From Hydrogenoanaerobacterium sp. (lineage in GTDB: Bacteria > Bacillota > Clostridia > Oscillospirales > Ruminococcaceae): 64,000 bases of DNA. The notes under the pieces are model-generated. The model was not told the origin of the DNA. It saw only the letters and a program-made list of their open reading frames with translations, and ran no database searches. Of this stretch, positions 9,120-19,175 are shown piece by piece. Positions within the stretch are counted from its first letter, which is position 1; each line of letters begins with the position of its first letter. The position numbers were made by a program, and so were the translations under genes. The stretch lies in contig JAVWJP010000002.1 in NCBI GenBank assembly GCA_036638975.1, positions 54,375-118,374 on the forward strand, written 5' to 3'.

Positions 9120-9500
9120 TTATTTAAGCCGCTGCGGCACACCGCACAAAAGCCTGTCAACCCGCTGTGCCCTGCGCACAGCCTCACAGCACAGCCTGCC
9201 CGCTGCCTCGCGCCACAGCCGTTCCTCTGCCTCCGGCGGCACTATCCCGCTGCCTATTTCGTCACTTATTATTATAATATCTGGGTTTTCTTTTATAAGC
9301 CTGTCCAAAAACAAAAACGGGTCTTTTCGACAGGTCAAAAGCCTTTTTACAAGCAAATGCAAGCCGTTTAATATTTTTATGCCTTGCTCACAGCAAAGGC
9401 TGCAATCCGCACCGCTTACAACATCTTGCAATGCAAGCCCGCTTTCGTCAAGTGCAAAAGCTGTCTTGCCGCTGTATGCCCCTCCAAATATAAACCTCAA
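9120..9500 (-). CDS. Truncated CobU-like P-loop protein (mini-CobU paralogue)
   Basis: About 127 aa from TTG 9500, which lies 7 nt after AGGGAGG and overlaps the cobS stop. P-loop FGGAYSGKT and C-terminal block IIISDEIGSGIVPPEAEERLWREAAGRL align with both ends of CobU. The central region is missing. The track ORF (to 9698) would overlap cobS by about 200 nt. Confidence 0.6.
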   Translation of the reverse strand: MRFIFGGAYSGKTAFALDESGLALQDVVSGADCSLCCEQGIKILNGLHLLVKRLLTCRKDPFLFLDRLIKENPDIIIISDEIGSGIVPPEAEERLWREAAGRLCCEAVRRAQRVDRLLCGVPQRLK

Positions 9501-10279
9501 TTCAAAAACCTCCCTGTAAGCGTCACCGCCGCAAGTATGGCAAGCTCGCAAAGCGTTAAAAACCAACCCGCCAAATCTCCGGTTATTCCGCCAAAGTTTT
9601 TGTACGAAGCATAGCGGTAAATAAAAAACACAATTACCGCGGCAAGCGCCGCTGCAAAACCTGCCACAGGAGAAACAAGCATCATCGACATAAAACAAAT
9701 CACACTAAAAATTATAAGCACAACTCTAACCTGTGTGTTTTGCGCGCTGTCTGCAAACTGCGCAAGCGTACCGGTTTTTTTAGCCGCCTTAAACCCCACA
9801 ACAGAAAGCCCGCTTAACGAGCGCGAAAGCACAAAGCCTATGCAAAGCACAGTTACAAGACGCTCATCGGCAGATGTATTAATTATAAGCTCAGACCAAA
9901 GTGCCACCGTCAAAAGCAGCAGCGAAGCACAGCCCATAACACCAAATGCACCTATGTGAGGGTCGCTTAATATCTCAAGGCGTTTTTCGCTCCCTGCGTG
10001 AGATGCCAGTGCGTCAGTGGTGTCGCAAAAGCCATCAAGGTGTATCCCGCCTGTTATTAACAATGGCAAAAGCGTACAGCAAACAGCGTTCAAGAAAAAA
10101 CCAATGCAAAAAGCGCCCGCCAGCTTGAGCCACAAAAACATTACCGCACCGCACACAACACCTATTAGCGGAAAAAAACACATAGAGTATTCCATACTTT
10201 TTTTATCCCACAAAACCTTTGGCATGGGTATTTGAGAATACATTGAAAAGGCTACAATAAATGATTTTAATACGCTCAT
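9497..10279 (-). CDS. cobS: Adenosylcobinamide-GDP ribazoletransferase (cobalamin synthase)
   Basis: 260 aa polytopic membrane protein. CobS blocks FSMYSQIPMP, GGIHLDGFCDTTDAL and FGGITGD. Confidence 0.93.
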   Translation of the reverse strand: MSVLKSFIVAFSMYSQIPMPKVLWDKKSMEYSMCFFPLIGVVCGAVMFLWLKLAGAFCIGFFLNAVCCTLLPLLITGGIHLDGFCDTTDALASHAGSEKRLEILSDPHIGAFGVMGCASLLLLTVALWSELIINTSADERLVTVLCIGFVLSRSLSGLSVVGFKAAKKTGTLAQFADSAQNTQVRVVLIIFSVICFMSMMLVSPVAGFAAALAAVIVFFIYRYASYKNFGGITGDLAGWFLTLCELAILAAVTLTGRFLN

Positions 10280-10809
10280 TCTGCTTTACTCCCCTCGTTT
10301 TTGTAAACAACCGGCAGTGTATACACAACCTCGACTACCCGCTGTGCCATTTTTGCAAGCTTGCAGTTAATTTTGCCCAACACACGCATATATTCGCGTG
10401 TGCCCTCGTCGTAAGCAACACCGTCTGAGAATAGCTCGTTTGTTACTACTATAAGGTTTTTGCACTGCCCGCAAAGGTGCTTTATGCCCTCCAAAACAGC
10501 CGTTTCGGTTTTAGCGCCCGCTCCGTCGAAAACCTCGTTTGCCACAAGGTTAGAAAGACACTCCAGTAGCGCCGTATCATACTGTGAAGCATCAAGGTCA
10601 ACAGGAGAAAAAGGGCATTCCAGCGTTACAAAGCCCTTGCCCGCCCTAAGCGCGCGGTGACGTGCCACACGCTGCAAAAACTCGCCGTCACTGCCCCCGC
10701 ACTGCCGCATTGTTGCAATATAACAGAGTCTTTTGCCTGTTTTTACCGCAAGGCTCTCGGCATATTCACTTTTGCCGCTTGCCGAAGCACCTGTTATAAG
10801 CGTAAGCAA
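10276..10809 (-). CDS. cobU: Bifunctional adenosylcobinamide kinase / adenosylcobinamide-phosphate guanylyltransferase
   Basis: 177 aa. P-loop ITGASASGKS, then YIATM, HRALR and VVTNELFSDGV blocks. Confidence 0.92.
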   Translation of the reverse strand: MLTLITGASASGKSEYAESLAVKTGKRLCYIATMRQCGGSDGEFLQRVARHRALRAGKGFVTLECPFSPVDLDASQYDTALLECLSNLVANEVFDGAGAKTETAVLEGIKHLCGQCKNLIVVTNELFSDGVAYDEGTREYMRVLGKINCKLAKMAQRVVEVVYTLPVVYKNEGSKAE

Positions 10810-10820
10810 TGTAATCCCCC

Positions 10821-11879
10821 CTAAACCAGAGGTTTGTATTCCTCTATTTTTATATCTTCAAATGTACTCATATCATTATAAACCTTACATGCCATTTTTA
10901 GTATGGGCAGTGCCGCAACAGCACCCGTGCCCTCGCCCAAACACATATTGCACGTTAAAAACGGCTGCAAATTAAGCTCTGTCATAAGCATTTTAGCGGC
11001 AGGCTCGTTAGAAACGTGCGATGCAAGCATATAACCCGCCGAGTTTTTACAAAGCCGCACAGCACAAAGCGCCGCAACAGAAGATATAAAGCCATCAACT
11101 ATAACAGGCAAATGCAGCGCGGCAGCACCCAAAAACACGCCTGCAAGACCCGCTATATCAAAGCCGCCAACCTTAGAAAGAGTGTCCAAAACGTCATCGG
11201 GGTTGGGCTTGTTTAAAGCTATAGCCTGCCTTATTACGGCTATTTTGTGCTTTACTCCCTCGCTTGTAAGCCCTGCACCATGCCCCGTGACATCGGCGAC
11301 ACTTTTGTGCAGCAAGACAGATGCAATGGCACTGCTGGTGGTGGTATTGCCGATGCCCATTTCGCCCGTACAAAACACGTCGTAGCCCTGTGGAGCAAGA
11401 AAATGCACAAGCTCAATGCCAACCTGTACCGCCGCTACAGCCTGCTCGCGCGTCATAGCTGCACCCTGTGCCATGTTCTTTGTACCCATGGCTATTTTTT
11501 TAACTATAAGACCATCTGACACAATATTTTCTGCCACACCGATATCTACCGGAAAAACCTTTGCCCCCGCAACCTGTGCCATACGGCAAACACTGGTGTC
11601 ACCGGTTGTAAAATTTTTGGTTACAACCGCTGTCACCGCCTGCGAGGTTTGGGTTACCCCCTCGGCAACTACACCGTTGTCTGCACACATAACCACAACA
11701 CAGGGCCTTTTTATGTCGGTGTTTATGCCGTGCTTCATGCCCGCTATGCGTACCACAGCGTCCTCTAAAAGCCCCAGACTTTTAAGCGGCTTTGCTATAG
11801 TGTCCCAGCGGCGCAGTGCCTGCTGTTTGGCATCTTCATCTACAGGAATAATTTTATTTATTATTTCTTCAAGTGTCAT
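10821..11879 (-). CDS. cobT: Nicotinate-nucleotide--dimethylbenzimidazole phosphoribosyltransferase
   Basis: 352 aa. CobT blocks VVVMCADNGV, GEMGIGNTT and CLGEGTGA. Confidence 0.95.
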   Translation of the reverse strand: MTLEEIINKIIPVDEDAKQQALRRWDTIAKPLKSLGLLEDAVVRIAGMKHGINTDIKRPCVVVMCADNGVVAEGVTQTSQAVTAVVTKNFTTGDTSVCRMAQVAGAKVFPVDIGVAENIVSDGLIVKKIAMGTKNMAQGAAMTREQAVAAVQVGIELVHFLAPQGYDVFCTGEMGIGNTTTSSAIASVLLHKSVADVTGHGAGLTSEGVKHKIAVIRQAIALNKPNPDDVLDTLSKVGGFDIAGLAGVFLGAAALHLPVIVDGFISSVAALCAVRLCKNSAGYMLASHVSNEPAAKMLMTELNLQPFLTCNMCLGEGTGAVAALPILKMACKVYNDMSTFEDIKIEEYKPLV

Positions 11880-13261
11880 TTTGCCTCATCTTCCATTCTA
11901 TAAAGCTTGCATTGCAGCAAAAAATTTTTAGCGGCAAAGGGGGCACCGTAAAAGTGCATATGCGGAAAGCCCGCATATAGGGTTTTCGACACATACCCGC
12001 CCTGCCACACAGCTTTTCCAAATGGCTTTTGCACCGTAAATCCCTCGCCTTCGTTTGTGCTGTGCCAGTAATGGAACTCGTGCCCTTGCAGCTTCTGACC
12101 CTTTTGACAAAGCAGATTATCGCAACCTGCCGTAAGCGTTACATAGCCAAAATGCCTAAGCTCATGCGCGTTTTCTGCCTCTGCAGCTACTGCGCCAACC
12201 ATATTAAAGCTTACACCCTGCTCGTCCTTTAGTTCATTATGCAAATATAAAAAGCCCCCGCATTCAGCTATACAGGGCAAGCCTCCCGCAAGCTTTTCTT
12301 TTATCTGCACCAAAAGGCGAGTGTTCTGCGAAAGCTCTTTTGCGTAAATTTCGGGGTAGCCCCCGCCAAGCAAAAGCCCGCATATGCCCTGTGGCAGCTC
12401 TGCGTCGGCAATGGGGCTAAATGGCACAAGCTCTGCACCAAGCTCGCGCAAAAGCTCCAGAGAATCTTCGTAATAAAACAAAAACGCTTTGTCCCTTGCC
12501 ACTGCCACCCTAAGCGGCGCACCGCCCGCAGACGGCGGCAAAGCCGGCTTTGTATATATAAGCTGCGGCGCGGCTTGCGCAAGCCGCAATAAAAAATCGA
12601 GCTCTATTGTTTCTTCAGCCTGATGTGCAAGCTTATATAGCTTTTGCCTTAAATTTTGCACTTCACCCGCTGTCACAAGCCCCAAATGGCGGCTTTCGAG
12701 TAAGCAAGTACTCAGCGGCGGCATATACCCCGCAACGTGTACACCCGTTTGCTCCTCTATAAGCTTTTTAAGAATATTATAACTGTTTTTACTGCAATTG
12801 TTAAGTATAACCGCTTTTATATTGCTGTCATTTTTAAAAGTAGCAAAGCCATGCACCAAAGCCGCCGCCGAAAGCGCCATTCCACGCGCCGAAAGCACCA
12901 GCACCACAGGTGTATTGGTAGCTTTTGCCAAATGATAGCTGCTTGCAGACTCGCCACCGCCAACACCATCATAAAAGCCCATAGCTCCCTCAAGCACCGA
13001 AATATCACTTTGCTGCGAGTTTTTTGCAAGCAGATAATTTGCGGTGTTTTCGTCAAACAAAAATAAATCCAAATTGCGGCTAAGCGTGCCTATAACCTCT
13101 GTGTGGAACATGGGGTCGATATAATCGGGACCGCACTTAAAGGACGAAGCTTTAAGCCCGCGGTTTACAAAAGCTTGCAGCACAGCACAGGTGAGCGTAG
13201 TTTTTCCGCTGCCGCTGGCGGGTGCCGCAAGCATAAGGCGCGGTGTGTTAATATTCTTCAA
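11876..13261 (-). CDS. cbiA: Cobyrinate a,c-diamide synthase
   Basis: 461 aa. SGSGKTT loop. C-terminal amidotransferase domain AECGGFLYL and GHEFHYW. Confidence 0.95.
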   Translation of the reverse strand: MKNINTPRLMLAAPASGSGKTTLTCAVLQAFVNRGLKASSFKCGPDYIDPMFHTEVIGTLSRNLDLFLFDENTANYLLAKNSQQSDISVLEGAMGFYDGVGGGESASSYHLAKATNTPVVLVLSARGMALSAAALVHGFATFKNDSNIKAVILNNCSKNSYNILKKLIEEQTGVHVAGYMPPLSTCLLESRHLGLVTAGEVQNLRQKLYKLAHQAEETIELDFLLRLAQAAPQLIYTKPALPPSAGGAPLRVAVARDKAFLFYYEDSLELLRELGAELVPFSPIADAELPQGICGLLLGGGYPEIYAKELSQNTRLLVQIKEKLAGGLPCIAECGGFLYLHNELKDEQGVSFNMVGAVAAEAENAHELRHFGYVTLTAGCDNLLCQKGQKLQGHEFHYWHSTNEGEGFTVQKPFGKAVWQGGYVSKTLYAGFPHMHFYGAPFAAKNFLLQCKLYRMEDEAK

Positions 13262-14465
13262 GCTCTCCGCCTCCGCTTACAATATATACAGGGTTCTGTC
13301 CCATCATCATATGGCTTTCGCCAACCATTTTTGCACGCGAAACACTTAGCTGCACCGTGCTCTGCTGCGGCAAATTGTGCCGCGCAAATGCCTCGGTTAC
13401 AGCCGACAAGGTTTCCAGAGTTATGGCGTTTACAACTACGCGTGCCGCCAAATTTTTTTCAAGTACAATATCAATTATTTTGCCTATACAGCCGGACGAG
13501 CCGCCTATAAACACAGCATCGGGTGGTGGCAGTGCGTACAAAGCCTGTGGCGCTGTGCCGTTGGTAATATACAAGTTTTCGGCAGAAAAGCGCTTTTTGT
13601 TGTTTTTAAGCAGCTCCAATGCATCGGCGTTTTTTTCAACCGCATAGACAGCTCCATATGGCATAACCCGCGCCGCTTCTATGCTAACAGAACCTGTCCC
13701 TGCACCGATATCCCACATTACCATGTCCTTTTTAAGGCGCAATGCCGCCAAAGAAACGGTTCTAACCTCCGCCTTTGTCATTGGGGCGGCTCCGCGAATA
13801 AAGGCCTCGTCACAGAGCCCGTGTGTTGCAAAAGAATTTGCTTTTTTATTCGTCACAAGCATAACCGAAAGCGGCGCAAACTTTTTTTGAGAAAGCTCCT
13901 CCGCCGTCCCCTCGCTTATGTGCTCGTCACTGTAAGAAAGGCGCTCGCCCACTTGAACAAAAACGCCGCCCAGCCCGGCCTCTGTAAGTGCCGCGCACAG
14001 TACCTGCACTGTGTTTTCTCCGCCGGTAAGGGCAAAGGTTTTCGCATGGGTTTTTACTGTCGGGCACAGCCACTGCTGTCTGCCATGCAGACTAAGCAAT
14101 TTTGCGTCCTCCCATGGAGTACAAAGCTTTGCACAAAAATACTGAACAGATGAAACCCCCGCCACGCACTCGGTCTTAATGTTTTCGCAACAGGCAAGGC
14201 TTTGGCAAAGCGTCTTTGCACCGCTGTAAAATCCAACGTCACCGCTCATAAGCACCGCCGCATCATTATACTGCGGGTGCTCTGACAAATATTTTGTAAT
14301 CTCTGCGGCAGAACACGAGGTAAAGCGCACAGCACCCGCATTTACGGCACTGTCAAGCATACGCTGTGCACCAATTAAGCAGCTGCTTTGTGCTATTATG
14401 TTTGATGCCTCAAGCGTTAAAGTTTTTTGGTTTCCCATGCCGACTCCCACAATAGTTACCTTCAT
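13248..14465 (-). CDS. cbiET: Cobalt-precorrin-7 (C5)-methyltransferase / cobalt-precorrin-6B (C15)-methyltransferase (decarboxylating), CbiE::CbiT fusion
   Basis: 405 aa. N-terminal tetrapyrrole methylase fold (VTIVGVGMG). C-terminal SAM methyltransferase (DIGAGTGSVSIEAA). Confidence 0.9.
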   Translation of the reverse strand: MKVTIVGVGMGNQKTLTLEASNIIAQSSCLIGAQRMLDSAVNAGAVRFTSCSAAEITKYLSEHPQYNDAAVLMSGDVGFYSGAKTLCQSLACCENIKTECVAGVSSVQYFCAKLCTPWEDAKLLSLHGRQQWLCPTVKTHAKTFALTGGENTVQVLCAALTEAGLGGVFVQVGERLSYSDEHISEGTAEELSQKKFAPLSVMLVTNKKANSFATHGLCDEAFIRGAAPMTKAEVRTVSLAALRLKKDMVMWDIGAGTGSVSIEAARVMPYGAVYAVEKNADALELLKNNKKRFSAENLYITNGTAPQALYALPPPDAVFIGGSSGCIGKIIDIVLEKNLAARVVVNAITLETLSAVTEAFARHNLPQQSTVQLSVSRAKMVGESHMMMGQNPVYIVSGGGELEEY

Positions 14466-14492
14466 TTGTTACCTCCCGCCACGCACAATATT

Positions 14493-15785
14493 TTAGCAAT
14501 CAAAAAAATCTTCCGCCGCCTTTAGCGTAATTTCCAAATCCTCATCTGTATGTGCCAGTGACAAAAACATTGCCTCAAACTGCGAGGGCGCAAGGTATAT
14601 TCCTTTGCTTAGCATATGTTTAAAATAAGCGGCAAAGCGTGAGGTATCAGCAGCCCTTGCAGTTTCATAATTTGTAACAGCTTCTTTTGTGAAAAACAGA
14701 CAGCCAAGCGAGCCTATGCTGTTTACTGTACAATTGTTTTTTTCGGCAAGCTGCGCAAGTGGCGTGTAAAAACGCTCTGCCGCAGACGAAAGCCTTTTGT
14801 ATATTTGCGGTGTATCGCGAAGCATGGTTAGCTGTGCTATACCTGCCGCCATTGCAACAGGGTTGCCCGAGAGCGTGCCCGCCTGATACACAGCGCCCAC
14901 AGGTGCAACCATGCTCATTATCTCTTTTTTGCCGCCATATGCGCCTACGGGCATACCTCCTCCGATAATCTTACCAAAGGTTGTAAGGTCAGGCATAACG
15001 CCAAAAAGCCCCTGCGCTCCGCTTGCCGAAAGGCGAAAGCCCGTTATAACCTCATCAAATATAAGCACGGTGCCGTTTTGTGTACAAAGCTCGCGCAATT
15101 GCCGTAAAAAGCCTTCTTTGGGCAGTACTACACCCATATTTGCGGCGACAGGCTCTATTATAAGCGCCGCCACCTCGCCACTATGCAGCTTAAACAGTTT
15201 CTCTACGCTCGCTATATCGTTGTAGCTTGCAGTCAGTGTGTCCTCTGCCGTACCGCGCGGAACACCCGCGCTGTCTGGCACCCCCGCTGTCATTGCACCG
15301 CTTCCCGCTTTGACAAGCAGCGCATCAAAGTGCCCATGGTAGCACCCTGCAAATTTTATTATTTTATTGCGCCCTGTGTAACCACGCGCCACGCGAATAG
15401 CGCTCATTACTGCCTCTGTACCGGAGTTAACCATGCGCACCATTTCTACAGACGGCACCATGCTGCATATAAGCTCTGCCATTGTAAGCTCGGCTTCTGT
15501 AGCCGCGCCAAAGCTAAGACCGCGCTCTACAGCCTTTAAAACCGCTTCTTTCACAACAGAATTGTTATGCCCCAAGAGCATTGGTCCCCACGAACAAACA
15601 TAGTCTATATATGTCCTGCCGTCAACATCGGTTATATGCGCGCCGTTTGCCATTTCTATAAACCGCGGAGTATCGCCCACAGCGCCAAAGGCACGCACAG
15701 GGCTGTTTACACCACCCGGTATGCAATTGCAGGCCCGTGCAAAAAGCTCTCGCGAGCGCTCGTGTCGTGTAGCTGCTTCAGCCAT
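14493..15785 (-). CDS. hemL: Glutamate-1-semialdehyde 2,1-aminomutase
   Basis: 430 aa. [18 protein letters not shown] and the PLP lysine region [11 protein letters not shown]. Confidence 0.96.
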   Translation of the reverse strand: MAEAATRHERSRELFARACNCIPGGVNSPVRAFGAVGDTPRFIEMANGAHITDVDGRTYIDYVCSWGPMLLGHNNSVVKEAVLKAVERGLSFGAATEAELTMAELICSMVPSVEMVRMVNSGTEAVMSAIRVARGYTGRNKIIKFAGCYHGHFDALLVKAGSGAMTAGVPDSAGVPRGTAEDTLTASYNDIASVEKLFKLHSGEVAALIIEPVAANMGVVLPKEGFLRQLRELCTQNGTVLIFDEVITGFRLSASGAQGLFGVMPDLTTFGKIIGGGMPVGAYGGKKEIMSMVAPVGAVYQAGTLSGNPVAMAAGIAQLTMLRDTPQIYKRLSSAAERFYTPLAQLAEKNNCTVNSIGSLGCLFFTKEAVTNYETARAADTSRFAAYFKHMLSKGIYLAPSQFEAMFLSLAHTDEDLEITLKAAEDFFDC

Positions 15786-16768
15786 CAGCCCAGCCTCCCC
15801 TCGTCTATGTAGCCCGCAAGCTCTATGGCAAAATATGTTATTAAAATGCCCGCTCCCGCCCTAAAAATACTGGCAGAGGTTTCGCATATCATTGCCGCCT
15901 CGTCAACAAGCCCCGCTTTTGCCGCCGCCTTTATCATGGCATATTCGCCGCTTACACTGTAGGCTGCCAGCGGTGTCACAAAGCTGTTTGCAACCTCATG
16001 TATGACATCTAGGTACGAAAGCGCAGGCTTTACCATAATAATATCCGCCCCCTGCTCCACATCCATAGCAGCCTCTTTAAGCGCCTCACGGCGGTTATGA
16101 TAATCCATCTGATAGCCTTTCCTGTCACCAAAAGAGGGTGCAGAGCCTGCCGCCTCGCGGAAAGGACCATAAAACGCCGACGAATATTTGACTGCATATG
16201 ACATAATTGGCATTTCTGTAAACCCGTTTTGGTCGAGTGTGTTGCGAATAGCCAAAATACGTCCGTCCATCATGTCGGACGGTGCAACCATATCTGCCCC
16301 CGCCTCAGCATGAGAAAGCGCTGTTTTTGCAAGAACCTCCAGAGTTTTGTCGTTATCCACGGTCTGTCCGCGCAAAATACCGCAATGCCCGTGGCTTGTA
16401 TATTCGCACATACAAACATCTGTAATAACATAAATGCTTGGAAAATTCTTTTTAATAAACCGTATAGCCTGCTGTACAGCCCCCTGTGCGTCCCACGCTC
16501 CGCTGCCTATTTCGTCCTTGTGCTTTGGTATGCCAAAAAGCAAAACACTGTTTACGCCCGCACCTATAAGGCGCTGCAATATACCTGTAAGCCTGTCCGG
16601 GCTGTAGCGCTTTTGCCCGTCAAGCGACGGTATATCCTCTGTAATTCCACTACCCTCACACACAAATATCGGGTATATAAGGGCGCTTTTAGAAACTCGG
16701 GTTTCGCGCACCATTTCGCGCAAAACCGCACTGCTGCGCAATCTACGCGGTCTGTTTATAAGCTCCAT
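15785..16768 (-). CDS. hemB: Porphobilinogen synthase (ALA dehydratase)
   Basis: Starts [11 protein letters not shown] at ATG 16768, sharing 1 nt with the upstream stop (TAATG). Active-site blocks [11 protein letters not shown] and MVKPA. The track N-terminal extension is discarded. Confidence 0.95.
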   Translation of the reverse strand: MELINRPRRLRSSAVLREMVRETRVSKSALIYPIFVCEGSGITEDIPSLDGQKRYSPDRLTGILQRLIGAGVNSVLLFGIPKHKDEIGSGAWDAQGAVQQAIRFIKKNFPSIYVITDVCMCEYTSHGHCGILRGQTVDNDKTLEVLAKTALSHAEAGADMVAPSDMMDGRILAIRNTLDQNGFTEMPIMSYAVKYSSAFYGPFREAAGSAPSFGDRKGYQMDYHNRREALKEAAMDVEQGADIIMVKPALSYLDVIHEVANSFVTPLAAYSVSGEYAMIKAAAKAGLVDEAAMICETSASIFRAGAGILITYFAIELAGYIDEGRLG

Positions 16769-18288
16769 TAAGCCTTCCGCCTTTCTCTTTTTTCTTCTTC
16801 GTTTATTTTTAGAATAGTTTCTATCATACTTTCTATACTTGCAACAGGCGCAGCTGTAATCTTCATGCCGTGCTTTTCTGCCTCGGCGGCTGTTTGTGCA
16901 CCTATGCAAATGGCTTTAAGCCCACGCAAACCTGCTTCTCCCGCCATTGCCGCAAAGCCCTTTACAGAGGACGCACTGGTAAGCATTACATAATCTACCT
17001 CGTTTTTGGCAAGCTGTACCTGCAAGCCCTCGTCACACTCACTGCTGTAAATAGTGTTATATAAGGCTATATCATCGTACTGCACACCCGCTTCTGCCAG
17101 CGCATTTGTAAGCCCCGCGCCGCACTGCGCCGCACGCAAAAGCAATACCCTGCCGCCTTCCGCCTTTTTTGCAAGCTCTGCGCCAAGCGCCGCGCCGCTG
17201 TACTCGTTTGGTACAAGCTCCGGCAAAACGCCATGCTGCTTTAAAAGCTCTGCCGTGGCTTTACCAACTGCCGCAATTTTAACACCATAAAGTGCACGAA
17301 TATCTATATTGTAATACGCCAAAAGCTCAAAAAACACTCGCACCCCCGCCGGGCTTGTAAGCGCCAGCCAGCTATATTTTAAAAGCGAGTTAAGCGCCTG
17401 CAAAAAGGCACTGTTCGGCTTTATGATATTTGTGGTTAACGCAGGCAGCTCTAAGACCTCCGCACCCAAAAGGCGAAGGCTCTGTGCAAGCTTAGATGAG
17501 CTCTCGGCGGGACGTGTTACTGCAACGCATATGCCCCCCAACGCCCTGTCCTCTGCCCAATGGAAGCTCTCGGCAAGACTGCAAACCTCGCCCACAATTA
17601 TTATGGCGGGCGTTTTTACATCAGCTTTTTTAGCATCGTCGGTCAAATTTTGCACTGTAGACACCACACGTCTTTGCCTTGCCGTAGTACCGCGTTCTAA
17701 GACCGCCGCGGGCATTTGCGGCGATATTCCCCCCGCCAGCAGTCCCTGCATTATTTGCGGCAAGGCTGTTATACCCATCAAAAAAACTATTGTACCGCCA
17801 AGCTTTACAAGCGCTTCGTAATCTGTAGCCGCCTGTGTATCTGTTTTTGTATGCCCCGTTATAATGTGAAGCGATGATGCAAGGTTGCGGTGCGTAACAG
17901 GTATACCCGCATATGCGGGTACCGCCAGCGCCGAGGTTATGCCCGGTATAACCTCGTATGGTATATTGTTTTTTTGCAAAAGCTCCAGCTCCTCGCCCCC
18001 GCGCCCAAAAAGAAAAGGGTCGCCGCCCTTTAAGCGCACTACACACTTGCCTGCCTGTGCCTCTTTAAGCAGCAGTTTATTTATTTCGTCCTGCGGCATA
18101 AGGTGGTGCCCGCCGCGCTTACCCGCATTTATACGTCTAATTTGAGGTGGTATAAGTGCCAGCACACCTTGCCCCACAAGCGCGTCATATATAACAACAT
18201 CGGCGCATTTCAAAGCCGCCCTGCCTTTAACGGTTATAAGCCCTGCATCGCCGGGCCCTGCGCCCAAAAGTATTACCTTTCCGCTCAT
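16768..18288 (-). CDS. cobA-hemD: Uroporphyrinogen-III C-methyltransferase / uroporphyrinogen-III synthase fusion
   Basis: 506 aa. N-terminal SUMT domain (LLGAGPGDAGLITVKG, GGDPFLFGRGGEE). C-terminal HemD-like half. Confidence 0.92.
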   Translation of the reverse strand: MSGKVILLGAGPGDAGLITVKGRAALKCADVVIYDALVGQGVLALIPPQIRRINAGKRGGHHLMPQDEINKLLLKEAQAGKCVVRLKGGDPFLFGRGGEELELLQKNNIPYEVIPGITSALAVPAYAGIPVTHRNLASSLHIITGHTKTDTQAATDYEALVKLGGTIVFLMGITALPQIMQGLLAGGISPQMPAAVLERGTTARQRRVVSTVQNLTDDAKKADVKTPAIIIVGEVCSLAESFHWAEDRALGGICVAVTRPAESSSKLAQSLRLLGAEVLELPALTTNIIKPNSAFLQALNSLLKYSWLALTSPAGVRVFFELLAYYNIDIRALYGVKIAAVGKATAELLKQHGVLPELVPNEYSGAALGAELAKKAEGGRVLLLRAAQCGAGLTNALAEAGVQYDDIALYNTIYSSECDEGLQVQLAKNEVDYVMLTSASSVKGFAAMAGEAGLRGLKAICIGAQTAAEAEKHGMKITAAPVASIESMIETILKINEEEKRERRKA

Positions 18289-19175
18289 AAATTCACCTCG
18301 TTTTTAAGCCTTAGTGCAAGCTTTTTTGCCAAGGCTTCTCCGTCCTCTGCAACTCCGCTTTCGCTTCCTTTTATATATTTGCCTGTGTTCTCGTCACAAT
18401 AAAGCCCTGTTATTATAATATTCTTCCCTTTAACCTCGGCATACGCCGCTATGGGGGAGCTGCACCCTCCGTCAAGTATGCGTACAAAGGTACGCTCTGC
18501 GAGTGACGCCTGCCGTGTGCTTTTATCATCAATTTCCCGCAAAAAAGCGTAATCCTCGCCTGCACGCCCCTGCACCGCGAGTGTGCCCTGTCCCGCCGCG
18601 GGTAGCATTTCTTCCGCCGTAAAAACGCGGCTTATTCTGTCTGTAAGACCCAGCCTTTCAAGCCCCGCACAGGCAAGCACAGTGGCGCAATATTCACCCG
18701 AATCCAACTTTGCAAGGCGCGTTTGCACATTGCCGCGTATCAGCTTTACTTCTATATTCGGGTACAGCTTTTTTAACTGAAGCACACGCCGTGCACTGCC
18801 GCAGCCAATGGGCTTTGTAATATCAATTTTAGTTTGTCCCTGTGGCAAGACAAGCGCATCTAAAGGATTCCCCCGTACAAAAAATGCAAGTAAAGGTAAA
18901 TCCTCCGAAGCTTCTGCCGGCATATCTTTAAGGCTGTGCACCGTTATATCGGCAAGCTTATTGCGAAGTGCATAATCAAGCTCTTTTACAAAAAGACCTT
19001 TTCCACCTATCTTATCAAGGCTTTTGTCAAGTATTTTGTCGCCCGTTGTCTTCATAGTAACCACAGAGAGTGTAAGCTGAGGGTTCGCCCCTGCTATAGC
19101 TTTTATTATAAGCTGTGCCTGAGCAACTGCAAGCTTGCTTTCGCGGCTTGCAACTGTAATTATTTTTTCACTCAA
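18285..19175 (-). CDS. hemC: Hydroxymethylbilane synthase (porphobilinogen deaminase)
   Basis: Blocks SRESKLAVAQA, TTGDK, GGKGLFVKELD and the dipyrromethane Cys region GGCSSPIAAY. Preferred start is TTG 19175, after GAAGGAGG. Alternative ATG at 19208; the track start at 19277 overlaps the upstream gene. Confidence 0.9.
   Translation of the reverse strand: MSEKIITVASRESKLAVAQAQLIIKAIAGANPQLTLSVVTMKTTGDKILDKSLDKIGGKGLFVKELDYALRNKLADITVHSLKDMPAEASEDLPLLAFFVRGNPLDALVLPQGQTKIDITKPIGCGSARRVLQLKKLYPNIEVKLIRGNVQTRLAKLDSGEYCATVLACAGLERLGLTDRISRVFTAEEMLPAAGQGTLAVQGRAGEDYAFLREIDDKSTRQASLAERTFVRILDGGCSSPIAAYAEVKGKNIIITGLYCDENTGKYIKGSESGVAEDGEALAKKLALRLKNEVNL

Noticed and set aside
13377-14153. Long antisense ORFs of 130-260 aa opposite cbiET. 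Similar ones occur at 44707-45363, 54862-55611, 60906-61565, 8209-8427 and elsewhere.
   Set aside because: All are embedded in strongly supported genes on the other strand. They are Cys/Arg/His-rich or low-complexity and lack an RBS or any conservation signal I can recognise.
16769-16909. N-terminal extensions in the ORF track. Affected genes are hemB, cobC (9101-9187), the mini-CobU frame (9501-9698), hemC (19176-19277), cbiH (21213-21254), hemA, mraZ (61569-61628), ftsZ, PBP1A, patatin and the ACT protein.
   Set aside because: The extensions overlap the 3' end of the upstream gene or regulatory sites, and they encode basic or low-complexity junk. Downstream starts have proper GGAGG-type RBSs and canonical family N-termini.
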